Source of the DNA: a virus
Length of the DNA stretch: 64,000 nt
IMG/VR virus record: IMGVR_UViG_3300033388_006651
Span: 1 to 64,000 of that record
Direction: 5' to 3' (one strand)
Position 1 is the first letter of the stretch, and every line of letters begins with the position of its first letter. Below are positions 1 through 9,866 of this stretch, one piece after another. Both the position numbers and the translations under genes were made by a program. The notes below the pieces were generated by a model. That model saw only the letters and a program-made list of their open reading frames with translations. It searched no databases and had not been told where the DNA came from.

Positions 1-1
1 T

Positions 2-430
2 CAACGTCTCATTTTTGGCGAAGACAGCACGACGACCGACGGCATCACGACGCTTAACCCGCGGTCCTACAGCACGAGCCCAACTGGCCTGAGCGGGGAA
101 GCGACCGCGGATGCCGAGGGTGACTTGGAAGATCTGAACCAGGATTTTTCCGATGCCGTGGAAGGTGAAATCCTGACTTTTCTCGTAGGGCCCAATGCGG
201 GAAGTTATCGGCTCGAAACTCTTCTCGGAAACAACGGAGGAGCCGTTGGTTTGGTCCCTGCGGGGTCCCTGGTGACGGGTGTGCGAGTTGCGCCGAGTAT
301 CCTCCAAATCGCCACCAGGATGCCACAGGAAGCCATAGGGCAGATCTACAAGGTCACGGTGGAGCGCCTGGGTGTCCGCACACCTTTTACCGTTCTGGCC
401 GAGGACGTTTCGGCTCAATTCTACATCTAG
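2..430 (+). CDS. C-terminal part of a probable virion structural protein (5'-truncated by the window edge)
   Basis: The frame of ORF 125..430 is open back to position 2 and ends at TAG 428-430. It lies directly upstream of the structural gene cluster. Confidence 0.6.
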   Translation, partial: QRLIFGEDSTTTDGITTLNPRSYSTSPTGLSGEATADAEGDLEDLNQDFSDAVEGEILTFLVGPNAGSYRLETLLGNNGGAVGLVPAGSLVTGVRVAPSILQIATRMPQEAIGQIYKVTVERLGVRTPFTVLAEDVSAQFYI

Positions 431-498
431 CGGCTTCGGTGGCCGGCCTATACCCAGCCCAAGGATAGAACTGCCGAATTCCCGGCCGAGGAAGCAAC

Positions 499-2832
499 AT
501 GGCTACCGCACTGATCCAAAGTCTCGTCAACGGTATCAATCCGGTGGTTGGGGCGAGCCGCGATGATCTCCGGGCAGGGGATACCGTAGAGCTCTCCGAT
601 GTTGGCGGTCCCGCCAACACCTACGCCTGGTCGATCGCTTACGCCCCCCAAGACAAGGACCGGGTGGATTCTGCCGCCGTCCTTGTTGGCAACATCTTCG
701 GCCCTGGTCCCGTCACCTTCGATGTCGATAACCAGGGCGCGTACCTGATTCGTCTCGTCATTGACGCAGGTCTCCCAACCCAAGACGAACAGTACGTTCG
801 TCTTCGCTACGACACGTTCTTCGGGGATTTGTCGTTGGTCGCGGCCGGTGAGCGCCGTGACGGCAGTGGCATCATCCCTGTGGACATCTCCGCAGAGGGG
901 TGGGCCGACGACCAGAACTTCAATCTCAACCGACTTCTTTGTCTGGTCCAGCACGTCAGTGCGAGCGGTCGCATCATCTACGTCGATGCGAACCGTGGCA
1001 AAGACAATTTGGCGGTTCCGAACGATCCCGCCATCGCAGAAGGGTTCGCTGACTTTTCCACGATCACCGAGGCCATCCTCGCGGCCGAGACCAACGCCGA
1101 TTTCAACGGTGGCGTCCTCCCGAGCGCAACACAGCCCATGATCGTGGCCGTGCGGCCTGGTTTTTACGAAGAGGACATCGAGTTCAAGCCTTACGTTCAC
1201 GTCATCGGATGGCCGTCATCCGGCGGCGGGACCGGTGAGCACCCTGACTTTGATCGTAGCGTGAACATTCGGGCCGCGAACGGAGGCGTGGCTCCCGCCG
1301 AACTGACGTTCACGGCCAACCTCCCGAACCTGGGCGAGTACTGCTACCTCTCGAACCTCATCCTCGAGAACGTCGGGGCCACGACCAACGCGCTGCTTCG
1401 CAAAGTTGGTGAGGGTGACGTGTACCTGGTCAACACCGAGCTGCTCCAGAACGGCGGTGGCGCGGTCGATCAAGGGTCCGGTGTTTCCGTCGAACGCGGT
1501 CGGGCTTTCCTTGAGAACACTCGGGTCATTCAGACCGATACATTCAGTCACGAATCGACTGCGTTCAGTGTCACCTCGACGTTGGGCACCTCCGCTCTTT
1601 TTGCGAAGGAGTCGATGTTCATCGGGCCGAGTATTGGTCAGGTGGACCCCACCCAGTTCGGTGGCGTCACGGCTCTGTTCAAGGGCACGAAGTTCCAACA
1701 GGTTCAAAACGCCGGTGCCGGCACCGAGTTCGCGATCCAGAGCTGGTCCGAAGACCTCATTTTTGACGATGGCTGTCAGGTCATCGTCGATGCGGCGAGT
1801 GCCATCACGGAAGCCATCGAGGTCAACGCGGATGCCGTGGGCGTCCCGGGCGATCTTTCCCTGACGCTTCGTCGGACTCTTCTTGGCGATACGACCACAG
1901 GAGCTCCTGGGTTCCTGGGTTTCACGATCGACAGCACCGGTGTTGGTGGCACGGCCTACTTGCGGATGGCGTCGTCGGAGTACGGCACGATCACCCAGGT
2001 CGGTGCCGTCACACGTCAGGCCCTCACCATCGGTACATCCTTGTTCTACGACAACACGGTTTCGGGCCTTGTGTCGGAGAACGTGCAGGACGCTATCGAC
2101 GAGATTGCCGGCGGCGGTGGTGGTGGCGCGGCTCCGAGTACCGCACCGTTCGTCACGCATGCGGTTTCAGGCGCCCTGACCGATTACCGTATTTTCAGTA
2201 ACGGTACTGGTACGACAGCCACTGTCGGCGGCGGCAACGGTACACCGGCTCAGGTTGATATCACGGCCACCGGTGTGGCTGCGGGCGCGTACACACGCAC
2301 CGATCTGACGGTCAATGCGCAAGGGCAGCTCACGTTGGCTGCGAGCGGTGTGGTCCAAGAGACCTACTCCCGGCAGATGCTCGTCGTGACTCCGCCTGCG
2401 GTCATCGTTCCGCCGCTCATCGTTCAGGAATACGATGTCATCAACAGCGCGACGGGGTTCACGTTCCTTGCGGGCCCTGCGGGCGCTCCAGGGGCTGCCG
2501 GTCCCCTCCAGCTTATCTGGGCTGTAGGTGGCCCATTCACGGTCGGTACCTTCCTTCAAGTGTACTTGGCGCCGTTCGGTGGCCCGATTGTTCCCATCAT
2601 CGATCCTGGCGGTGGTGCGGGATACGCCGCAGCCGGTTTCGATCTCAGTTTCTTGCCTGGTCCCATCGCACCGGGTGTCCCCGTCGGCGCTTTCATCGTC
2701 CAACCGCTTGCGCAACTGGGCTTTGTGGTGCCTCCCACGGTTCCCCACATGCTTCTGTTCCAGGTCACCTACCCAGCACTTCAACCTGTCGGAACAGACG
2801 GACTGACTGTGTCTCTCACCGGTAGTGTCTAA
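499..2832 (+). CDS. Probable tail fibre/spike-like virion protein (777 aa)
   Basis: SD-like GAGGA upstream. The protein has an Ig/PKD-like N-terminus and a pectin-lyase-like beta-helix start (FSTITEAI...VRPGFYEEDI). It also has the NVQDAIDEI and GAYTRTDLTVNAQG motifs typical of phage tail proteins. Confidence 0.6.
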   Translation: MATALIQSLVNGINPVVGASRDDLRAGDTVELSDVGGPANTYAWSIAYAPQDKDRVDSAAVLVGNIFGPGPVTFDVDNQGAYLIRLVIDAGLPTQDEQYVRLRYDTFFGDLSLVAAGERRDGSGIIPVDISAEGWADDQNFNLNRLLCLVQHVSASGRIIYVDANRGKDNLAVPNDPAIAEGFADFSTITEAILAAETNADFNGGVLPSATQPMIVAVRPGFYEEDIEFKPYVHVIGWPSSGGGTGEHPDFDRSVNIRAANGGVAPAELTFTANLPNLGEYCYLSNLILENVGATTNALLRKVGEGDVYLVNTELLQNGGGAVDQGSGVSVERGRAFLENTRVIQTDTFSHESTAFSVTSTLGTSALFAKESMFIGPSIGQVDPTQFGGVTALFKGTKFQQVQNAGAGTEFAIQSWSEDLIFDDGCQVIVDAASAITEAIEVNADAVGVPGDLSLTLRRTLLGDTTTGAPGFLGFTIDSTGVGGTAYLRMASSEYGTITQVGAVTRQALTIGTSLFYDNTVSGLVSENVQDAIDEIAGGGGGGAAPSTAPFVTHAVSGALTDYRIFSNGTGTTATVGGGNGTPAQVDITATGVAAGAYTRTDLTVNAQGQLTLAASGVVQETYSRQMLVVTPPAVIVPPLIVQEYDVINSATGFTFLAGPAGAPGAAGPLQLIWAVGGPFTVGTFLQVYLAPFGGPIVPIIDPGGGAGYAAAGFDLSFLPGPIAPGVPVGAFIVQPLAQLGFVVPPTVPHMLLFQVTYPALQPVGTDGLTVSLTGSV

Positions 2833-2833
2833 T

Positions 2834-2856
2834 CCCAACCCCAACCCCAACCCCAA
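2834..2856. repeat. Intergenic (CCCCAA)n hexamer repeat, a G-quadruplex-type sequence on the minus strand
   Basis: CCCAA CCCCAA CCCCAA CCCCAA lies between the stop at 2832 and the ATG at 2873. Confidence 0.85.
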
Positions 2857-2872
2857 CTTTGTGCTGTGGTAG

Positions 2873-5800
2873 ATGAGCGTTTTTGGTTACGGACTTGAGC
2901 CCTACGGAACAGGACCCTATGGGGGACTGGGGGGCGTCATGCTTCCACCCACGGTCCCTCCGCTTGGAGGGTATGGGGGGTACGGCTACGGCACGAGTCC
3001 TTACGGAGCCCTGGGCGGTTTCGGAAAACCAACGATCGCGATCACTGGGGGCTACGGCGGCTGCGCCTATGGCACCGGCGCGTACGGCTGCATGGATGCG
3101 CTGGCGAACCCGCCAGAGGTCATCGCAGCGATCTCCATCACCGGGTTCATCATCGAGGTCTTTTTCTCGAACGAGATGTCGCCGGATGCCGATCTTTTCG
3201 ATCCGGCAAGTTACACGATCCTCGACCTCATCGGTGCTGCGCCCGTCACGGTCATCAGCGTCCAAGAGGGCGTCCCTGGTGTCTGGGGTCCGACTTCCGT
3301 TCTCCTGAACCACACCGGCACCACCCTCGGGGGCCTCTACCGCGTGATCGTGGTTGGGCCTCGAGATATTGGTGGAACTGCAATCGCCGCCTATGCCCCT
3401 TTGAACCAAGCCGAAGTGCTGTGCAAAGGCGAGCCGCCTCCTTTCACGATCACTCCTGAGTCGGGTACGGAGCTTCGGTACGACTTCGAGCAGGACATGT
3501 TGGACGAAGCTGGGTTCACTCCTGGCATCTTGCAACTCGATGCCTACGGGTACGAGACCACCTTCCCGCAGAACATCATCCCTCAGAGCGTCACGCATCC
3601 GTACAACGCCGACTTCAAGCAGGTGAAGGTCGATGTCATCGGGATGACCTCGGCCGACTACGTCGGTGTCGTGAGCCCTGCGACGGCATTTGACTATGAT
3701 GCGACGTTTTTGCCGAACGATCCCCAGGCGGACTTCATGTCCCAGGAGATCGGGAGCGGCACGACGACGCAAGGCATCGACGAAATCCTGCTCACCGTGC
3801 CCATCGGGTTCGGGTACGGCTGGAGGTTCCTGGACACGAGCGGCAAGCTCATCCCAGGGTCGAGTTACCGCGCGGATGTGACGTTCGATGCGTCGGCGGC
3901 TGTGCAGATCGACCCGGTACCGGGTGCCGACAGTGTCCTCCTGATTTTGATCAACGATGGGGCCGTCCAGGTCGACCTGTCGTTCAAGCGTGTCGCTGGG
4001 ATCGACACCCTCGAGATCAACTCAGGGACTTTCACAGCCAGTTCGAGCATCGATTGGACAAGCCAAGCCGTCACGGTCTCTTTGGTTCGCAACCAGAAGG
4101 CGGACACGTACACCGTCGTCGTTAACGGCGAGCCCATCGTTGCGGGGCTGACTGCGGATTTCGACGGAGCCCCAGGATTCCCCGCAGGCATCCAGTTCCT
4201 TCTCAACCCTGACGGCGTCTACGACATCATCGATTTCCCGTTGCAGGGCATCTTGTTCACGGCAACGCAGACGGTTTTCTCGGCAGCGTGGAACTTCCTT
4301 CACAACCTAGGGGCGCCTTTCCTGGGGTCGGCTGCGAATGCCAAGGACTTCCTCCTGACGGCCAAGGGGCCGTTGGTGAAGGGGTGGGGAGACGCCACCC
4401 CTGCGACGAAGGGGGACGTGGTGGTTTACGTGAACGGGACACCGATCGAGGTCGAGTTGGTCAACCCGTACTACGGCAAGATCTTCCTCGTCATCCCGAT
4501 TCCGTTGATGCCTCCTGGCACGATGGACGTGGCTGTGGACTACATCTGGTTCCCGTCGCCCATCATGGCGATGGCCGGCCTCAACACCTTGGGGGTGGTC
4601 CTCAACAAGTACGACTGCAAGCCGCTGTGTCCCACGGGAGGCAACTCCAATGGGGTAGGCCTGCCTGGTGGGGGCACCAACGGCATCGAGTTCTCCCGGT
4701 TCCCGATGGGCCTCGTGCTGGGCCCTGGGGGCCCTGACATCCGCAAGCCGCTGCTCCGCAGTCCTCGGTTCGTCGCGTTCCAAAAACCCTACACGGCGTC
4801 TCTCAACAGCCCCACGTCGATGCTGTTGAACCGCAACCCGCACCAGGTCGCACTCTCCGATGAAGAGCGCGATCTTGAGGGTGTCGTGGTGTTTTACGAG
4901 GGCACCGTTGACCCCGTGGACGCCACTCCCGCTTGGGCCCTTGTTGGGGTCGATGAGCTCGACGGGTTCGATCCTACCGATCCGGCTTTCGATCTCATCC
5001 AGCCTCCCAACCTCTTGTCTCTTGAAGAGGCCATGGCTGACGGGATTTTCCAGGTTTTCAAGGCCACCAGCGGTCCTTACGGTGAAGGTGAAGTTACCTT
5101 TTTCACGCAAGAGATCGAGACGGACTTCCAGCAGTCCCTCATTTTGGTGGCGCGGTTCCAGGTGCTTCCGTCAACCACGTTTGCGGCAACCGAAGAAGAG
5201 GCCGAGATCCTCCCCTCTCCGGATGGGGTGTTTACGGGTGTTGGGTTCGGGTGTCACACGAACGACCACCTCTACTTGGTGGGGTGCTTGATCATCAATG
5301 ACGTGCAGCACGTCGGCATGCTGGTGGACCCGGCTTTCCCGGAGCTTGCAGAGTCCTGGGAGCTTGCGTACCAAACTCCTATCGAGATCTTGGACGCTAC
5401 GTCTTTCCGGACGGACAGCGACGCGCTGCCGCAGCTCATTCGAGAGCGGTTGATTTCGGACGACCTTGTTCGCTTCCAGATCCTGGACGGGACCCAAGCC
5501 GGTACCTACGAAGTCCTCCAGATCGTCGATCAGACTGACGGTACGAGCACGGTTTTCATCGATCCCTCGTCCTCTTTCCCGGCCGACTCTCAGCTTTTCG
5601 GGAACCGTGATTTCACGATCGTGTTCGAGGCTCGTTGGGATGGGGACGGCCAGGTGGGGCGTCCAGTGACCTACCGGCTCGTCATCAAGAACGACATCAA
5701 GCTGTTGCCCAAGGGCTTCGCTGAGTTGTTTGTGGGGAGTTCCTTTGCCGGGTCTTCTTTGACGCTCGAGGGGGCTCCTCCTTTTGCGATCCCTCCCGAT

Positions 5801-8371
5801 GGTGTGCTGCTGTACCCCACGGGTCAGGACGGGGAGATCTTCTGGGGGTCCCTGGACCGTCGAGCTCGCAACCTGAGTAGCTGGAACTTCATGCGGTACG
5901 CCGTCGATCCGGCGGTCACCACACAGAACTTCCGTCAGATCGTTGTCGCCGCGGAGATGAACGTCCTCCCCGAGGACGACCCGAATAACATCTGGTTCCT
6001 CACCCAAGAGTTTGGATCGCGCATCATCGATGCGACGGGCGACCAGGTTTTGCTCAAGGCGACCTCTGCTGACAACCAGCTCGGAGTTGAAGGCCAGGAT
6101 TTGACCATCGGGTATGCGCGCGTTGAGCCGTTCCTGACACGTCGCCTGGCCATTGACTTGGACACCACGTTCCAGGTGGACAGCGGAGTCCTGGGTGCGG
6201 GAGACCTGCTCTACAGCGTCCGTGATGGCCTACGCGAAGTTCGCCTGGGGACCCTCTTGTACGTGGAAAGTGCGACCGAGCGGTCTCTGTTGAATCTCGA
6301 AAACCTCTCGTTGTCGGGCCTGTTGTTGCCTGACCAACAAGGATGGATCAAGAGCGGGGGTCTGACTCTCGAGCAAGTTCAAGGGCAGCGGCTCCAGTTC
6401 ACCCAGGTTGCTGGGGAGACCCTCCTCTACTCCCTGATTCTGCTTCAAACCGGAGTCACGGAGTTGGCTGGTGATGGCCGTATTTTTGAGTCGCGCATCC
6501 AAGTTGTGACGATAGGGGCGACGGACGCTGATGGCGATACCGGCATCTTCATCGGCACCGATGTGGGGCCGATTGGCGCTGCTCGGGGTGTTGGCCTACA
6601 GCTTCGTGTCGCAGCCGGTGCCGACCCCGACCAGGTGTTCCTGTTTTCCCTGGAGACGGGCCTCGAAGTTGCAGCCTTCGACGTGGCATGGAACGACGGT
6701 GAGATCCACACGTATCGAGTCATTGCCGACACGGACACGGATACGGTCACTGTGGTTGTGGACGACGTGGTTCTTGGGACCACGGACTACACGTTGTTTT
6801 CGTTCTCCTCCACGGACACGCAAGCCACGTTGGGGTTCGCAAGCACGACGACGGATGCCCAGATCCAGATCGAAGATTTCTCGGTGGTGGTGCTGCCGCC
6901 TTCGACAGCCATGCGCACGTTGGGCGTTTGGCTCGGAGGTGACGTAGACGACATCAACCAGTGGAAAATCCCTCGGACGGACACGCTGGATGTGCCCAAC
7001 TCCGATCTCACTGCCGTGGTCGAAGAGATGGACTGGCGTTCGAGGATTCGGGCCCGGATTCATCGAGATCCCGGTTGGGGTGTCACCATTTTGCGTCCAG
7101 ACCTGCCGCCTCCTCCTGGGTTCACTGGGGATTTTGCGACGCAGTTCACGGAGCCGAGTGCTGGGTGGATCAACGTCGAGTACCGAGACCTTCCGCGAAG
7201 CCCGTCGGATGAAACGTTGGGGTTCGTTTCCTTCGGATCTCTGGACCCGAGGTCGATCAGCCAGACGCGCATCGACGAGGTTCGCTACCGGATCTACAAG
7301 TACGCGACCGAAGACATCATCATGCCGCCGCACATGGTGTTGAACCAGTTCAACGTCATCACGAGCGGAGAGTTTTTCGAGGACACCACCGTGGAGGTGG
7401 TGACGGTGATCTCGGAGAACGCCACCACGATCCAACTGGCCGGCGCGAACATCACCGCAGCTCGTGTGTTCCAGGTGTTGGTCACAGTGCGGGATGGGTC
7501 GCAGATCCTCCTTTTGCCGGACGTTTTCTCCTTCGACGTAGCGACCCAGATCATCACCATCACCGATCCAGCCTTTGAGCTCGACATCCTGTTTTTTGGA
7601 GAGGAACCGGTTGACGAGGATCTTGCTATCTTCAACGAAGATGTCGAGTTCCCGGATGATAACCAGACTCCCATCAAGATCCCGGTGGAGGTCAGCTTTG
7701 CCCCTGGCCGACCGCTGACCAAGACCTACCTGTGCTCGCAGCCACTCCTGGATGGCACCACGTTGCTCAACGAGGGGACGCCACCTTTCGAGACTTCTCA
7801 GGTGATGACGGACGAGGGCTTCTTGGCGTGGGGATCGAGGATCAACGATCCCAACGACCTGCTCAACACGGACCCGGATTTCATCCTCAACGATCCGTTT
7901 CGGTTCCGAGATTTCCGTTCAGACCCGAAGACGCAGTTCGAGGACATCGATTTCTGCGAAGTGTCCGAAGGTGAAGAGTGTCGCCTTTCGCCGTTTTGTG
8001 ACGATGGCTTACCGGGTGCCGCAGAAGCGGGAAATCCCGGCAACGATCCTGGCGACATCGGCAACGGATTGATCGGCATCGGACTCTCAGGCTTGGCTTT
8101 CACCGAAACGCAGCCCATCACATTCAGTGACGGGCCAGTCAATGGTTTTGGTCAACCTACCAGCAGCACTTTCCTCATGGCGAGCGGGGGAGACGCACCA
8201 CCAGGGGGCAATCTCCAAGAAGCGATTTTGTTCACGCCGCTCGGTCCGGAAACGCCTCCCTTCCAAGGTCCTGACGGTACTGTGGGATGGAGTGTGTTTG
8301 GTCAGCTTTACGACACGCTCACGGACACAACCACCAACATCTTTTTCGGAACAGAGTCGCTCGGTCCGTAG
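2873..8371 (+). CDS. Large virion structural protein (1832 aa), baseplate/tail-associated
   Basis: Long, acidic, beta-rich ORF with phage-like codon usage and N-terminal YG-x-x-PYG repeats. The functional call rests on context. Confidence 0.6.
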   Translation: MSVFGYGLEPYGTGPYGGLGGVMLPPTVPPLGGYGGYGYGTSPYGALGGFGKPTIAITGGYGGCAYGTGAYGCMDALANPPEVIAAISITGFIIEVFFSNEMSPDADLFDPASYTILDLIGAAPVTVISVQEGVPGVWGPTSVLLNHTGTTLGGLYRVIVVGPRDIGGTAIAAYAPLNQAEVLCKGEPPPFTITPESGTELRYDFEQDMLDEAGFTPGILQLDAYGYETTFPQNIIPQSVTHPYNADFKQVKVDVIGMTSADYVGVVSPATAFDYDATFLPNDPQADFMSQEIGSGTTTQGIDEILLTVPIGFGYGWRFLDTSGKLIPGSSYRADVTFDASAAVQIDPVPGADSVLLILINDGAVQVDLSFKRVAGIDTLEINSGTFTASSSIDWTSQAVTVSLVRNQKADTYTVVVNGEPIVAGLTADFDGAPGFPAGIQFLLNPDGVYDIIDFPLQGILFTATQTVFSAAWNFLHNLGAPFLGSAANAKDFLLTAKGPLVKGWGDATPATKGDVVVYVNGTPIEVELVNPYYGKIFLVIPIPLMPPGTMDVAVDYIWFPSPIMAMAGLNTLGVVLNKYDCKPLCPTGGNSNGVGLPGGGTNGIEFSRFPMGLVLGPGGPDIRKPLLRSPRFVAFQKPYTASLNSPTSMLLNRNPHQVALSDEERDLEGVVVFYEGTVDPVDATPAWALVGVDELDGFDPTDPAFDLIQPPNLLSLEEAMADGIFQVFKATSGPYGEGEVTFFTQEIETDFQQSLILVARFQVLPSTTFAATEEEAEILPSPDGVFTGVGFGCHTNDHLYLVGCLIINDVQHVGMLVDPAFPELAESWELAYQTPIEILDATSFRTDSDALPQLIRERLISDDLVRFQILDGTQAGTYEVLQIVDQTDGTSTVFIDPSSSFPADSQLFGNRDFTIVFEARWDGDGQVGRPVTYRLVIKNDIKLLPKGFAELFVGSSFAGSSLTLEGAPPFAIPPDGVLLYPTGQDGEIFWGSLDRRARNLSSWNFMRYAVDPAVTTQNFRQIVVAAEMNVLPEDDPNNIWFLTQEFGSRIIDATGDQVLLKATSADNQLGVEGQDLTIGYARVEPFLTRRLAIDLDTTFQVDSGVLGAGDLLYSVRDGLREVRLGTLLYVESATERSLLNLENLSLSGLLLPDQQGWIKSGGLTLEQVQGQRLQFTQVAGETLLYSLILLQTGVTELAGDGRIFESRIQVVTIGATDADGDTGIFIGTDVGPIGAARGVGLQLRVAAGADPDQVFLFSLETGLEVAAFDVAWNDGEIHTYRVIADTDTDTVTVVVDDVVLGTTDYTLFSFSSTDTQATLGFASTTTDAQIQIEDFSVVVLPPSTAMRTLGVWLGGDVDDINQWKIPRTDTLDVPNSDLTAVVEEMDWRSRIRARIHRDPGWGVTILRPDLPPPPGFTGDFATQFTEPSAGWINVEYRDLPRSPSDETLGFVSFGSLDPRSISQTRIDEVRYRIYKYATEDIIMPPHMVLNQFNVITSGEFFEDTTVEVVTVISENATTIQLAGANITAARVFQVLVTVRDGSQILLLPDVFSFDVATQIITITDPAFELDILFFGEEPVDEDLAIFNEDVEFPDDNQTPIKIPVEVSFAPGRPLTKTYLCSQPLLDGTTLLNEGTPPFETSQVMTDEGFLAWGSRINDPNDLLNTDPDFILNDPFRFRDFRSDPKTQFEDIDFCEVSEGEECRLSPFCDDGLPGAAEAGNPGNDPGDIGNGLIGIGLSGLAFTETQPITFSDGPVNGFGQPTSSTFLMASGGDAPPGGNLQEAILFTPLGPETPPFQGPDGTVGWSVFGQLYDTLTDTTTNIFFGTESLGP

Positions 8372-8411
8372 CGGTTTTCGTCCTATCAGAAGGCAATAAC
8401 AGGGAGATCCC

Positions 8412-9071
8412 ATGCCCAGAGTAATTCGTGAAAACATGCAGAGAGCCCGCACGGGCTTCAAGGTCGGCATGGGAACCCGCATGGCGGAGAACGCCATGAT
8501 CATGGCGACCGCCAAAGGCCGCGTCTTCATCGAGATGCACGATGCCGCAACGGGCATCCTGCAAGAACATCGAGATGTCCACAACGTCGTCACGCTCGAC
8601 GCCAGCCTTTTGGTTGCGCGCTTGATGAAGGACCCGCGAGAGCCCGCACACGGGATCAACATGCTCGGTGTTGGCACCGGGGCCCCAGGCGCTGTGCTCA
8701 ACCCCGACGCCCCGTCGAACGAACAGCGTCGGCTCAACAACGCGATTGCACGAAAGCCTTTCTCCGAAACGACTTTCCGTGATGCCAACGGAGCGGCAGT
8801 CGCGATTCCCACGAACGTCGTGGATTTCACGACGATCTACGGTGAGTCGGAGGCCGTCGGGCCGCTCAACGAGATGGGTTTGCTTTCGACCATCTCGGAC
8901 AACACGGGGACCATCAACAACAATCCGAACTTCGCAGGCAACGGCGGTCAGGCATACGACCCGTCCATCGATGTCACGAACTACGACATCCTCGTCAACT
9001 ACCTGACGTTCAGCGTGATCTCGAAACCCGTGACCTCAATTTTGACGGTGACCTGGCGCTTAAGTTTTTGA
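8412..9071 (+). CDS. Baseplate/tail-collar-type structural protein (219 aa)
   Basis: SD GGGAG upstream. The motif pattern GVGTG...L...ARK...TNVVDFTT.YGESEAVGPLNEMGL resembles tail-fibre N-terminal/collar proteins. Confidence 0.6.
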   Translation: MPRVIRENMQRARTGFKVGMGTRMAENAMIMATAKGRVFIEMHDAATGILQEHRDVHNVVTLDASLLVARLMKDPREPAHGINMLGVGTGAPGAVLNPDAPSNEQRRLNNAIARKPFSETTFRDANGAAVAIPTNVVDFTTIYGESEAVGPLNEMGLLSTISDNTGTINNNPNFAGNGGQAYDPSIDVTNYDILVNYLTFSVISKPVTSILTVTWRLSF

Positions 9072-9078
9072 GTAGGCC

Positions 9079-9864
9079 ATGAAGACCTGTCCCTCATGCT
9101 GCGTCGATAAAGACGCCTCCGAATTCGGCAAGAACAAGCGCCGGAAGGACGGCCTTGCGTGTTACTGCTGGGAGTGCTCGCGCAAGAAAGCCCGGGAGTA
9201 CGCCAGGACGCCGACCCAACAGATCAAGCGCAAAGGCTGGTATCAGGAAAACCGGGAGAAGGTTCGAGTCCAGAACAAGGAGCGTTGGGAGACCAACAAA
9301 GAGAAATACGAGCCTGCGCGGCAACAGTGGGCTGCAGACAACCGGGACAAGATGCTCGGCTACTACAAGGACAAGGGCACCGCGCACCGAGTTTTCGTTG
9401 ACCAAATTAAGTTCGGTCAACCGTGTCTCGATTGCGACAAGACCTTCCCTCCTTACGTGATGGAGTTCGATCATGTACGAGGGGTCAAACGTCACAACAT
9501 CGGCAAAATGGCCAACCATAGTCGAGAGCGTGTTCTCGCTGAGATCGAGAAATGTGAACTCATCTGTTGTGTCTGTCACCGCATCCGCAGTCACGCACGC
9601 CGGGAGCCAGCAAAGACCCCTAAATTGATTCAGTTCCGGGTGTGGATCAACGAAATCAAAGACGCACCTTGCACGGGTTGTTCTTTGGTGTTTCCTCCCG
9701 AAGCCATGGATTTTGATCACGTAAACGGTGAAAAGATTATCCAAATTTCAGATATGTGGTCTTGGGGACGCCCCAAGGTTCTCGCTGAAATCGCCAAGTG
9801 TGAACTGACTTGTGCAAACTGTCATCGTGAACGCACCGTGTTTCGCATGAGGGAAGCAGCGTAG
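9079..9864 (+). CDS. HNH homing endonuclease with two tandem HNH-like modules
   Basis: N-terminal KTCxxC...CxxC zinc finger. Two copies of CxxC...(E/D)FDHV.G...AEI.KCEL.C..CHR.R. Confidence 0.8.
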   Translation: MKTCPSCCVDKDASEFGKNKRRKDGLACYCWECSRKKAREYARTPTQQIKRKGWYQENREKVRVQNKERWETNKEKYEPARQQWAADNRDKMLGYYKDKGTAHRVFVDQIKFGQPCLDCDKTFPPYVMEFDHVRGVKRHNIGKMANHSRERVLAEIEKCELICCVCHRIRSHARREPAKTPKLIQFRVWINEIKDAPCTGCSLVFPPEAMDFDHVNGEKIIQISDMWSWGRPKVLAEIAKCELTCANCHRERTVFRMREAA

Positions 9865-9866
9865 CC

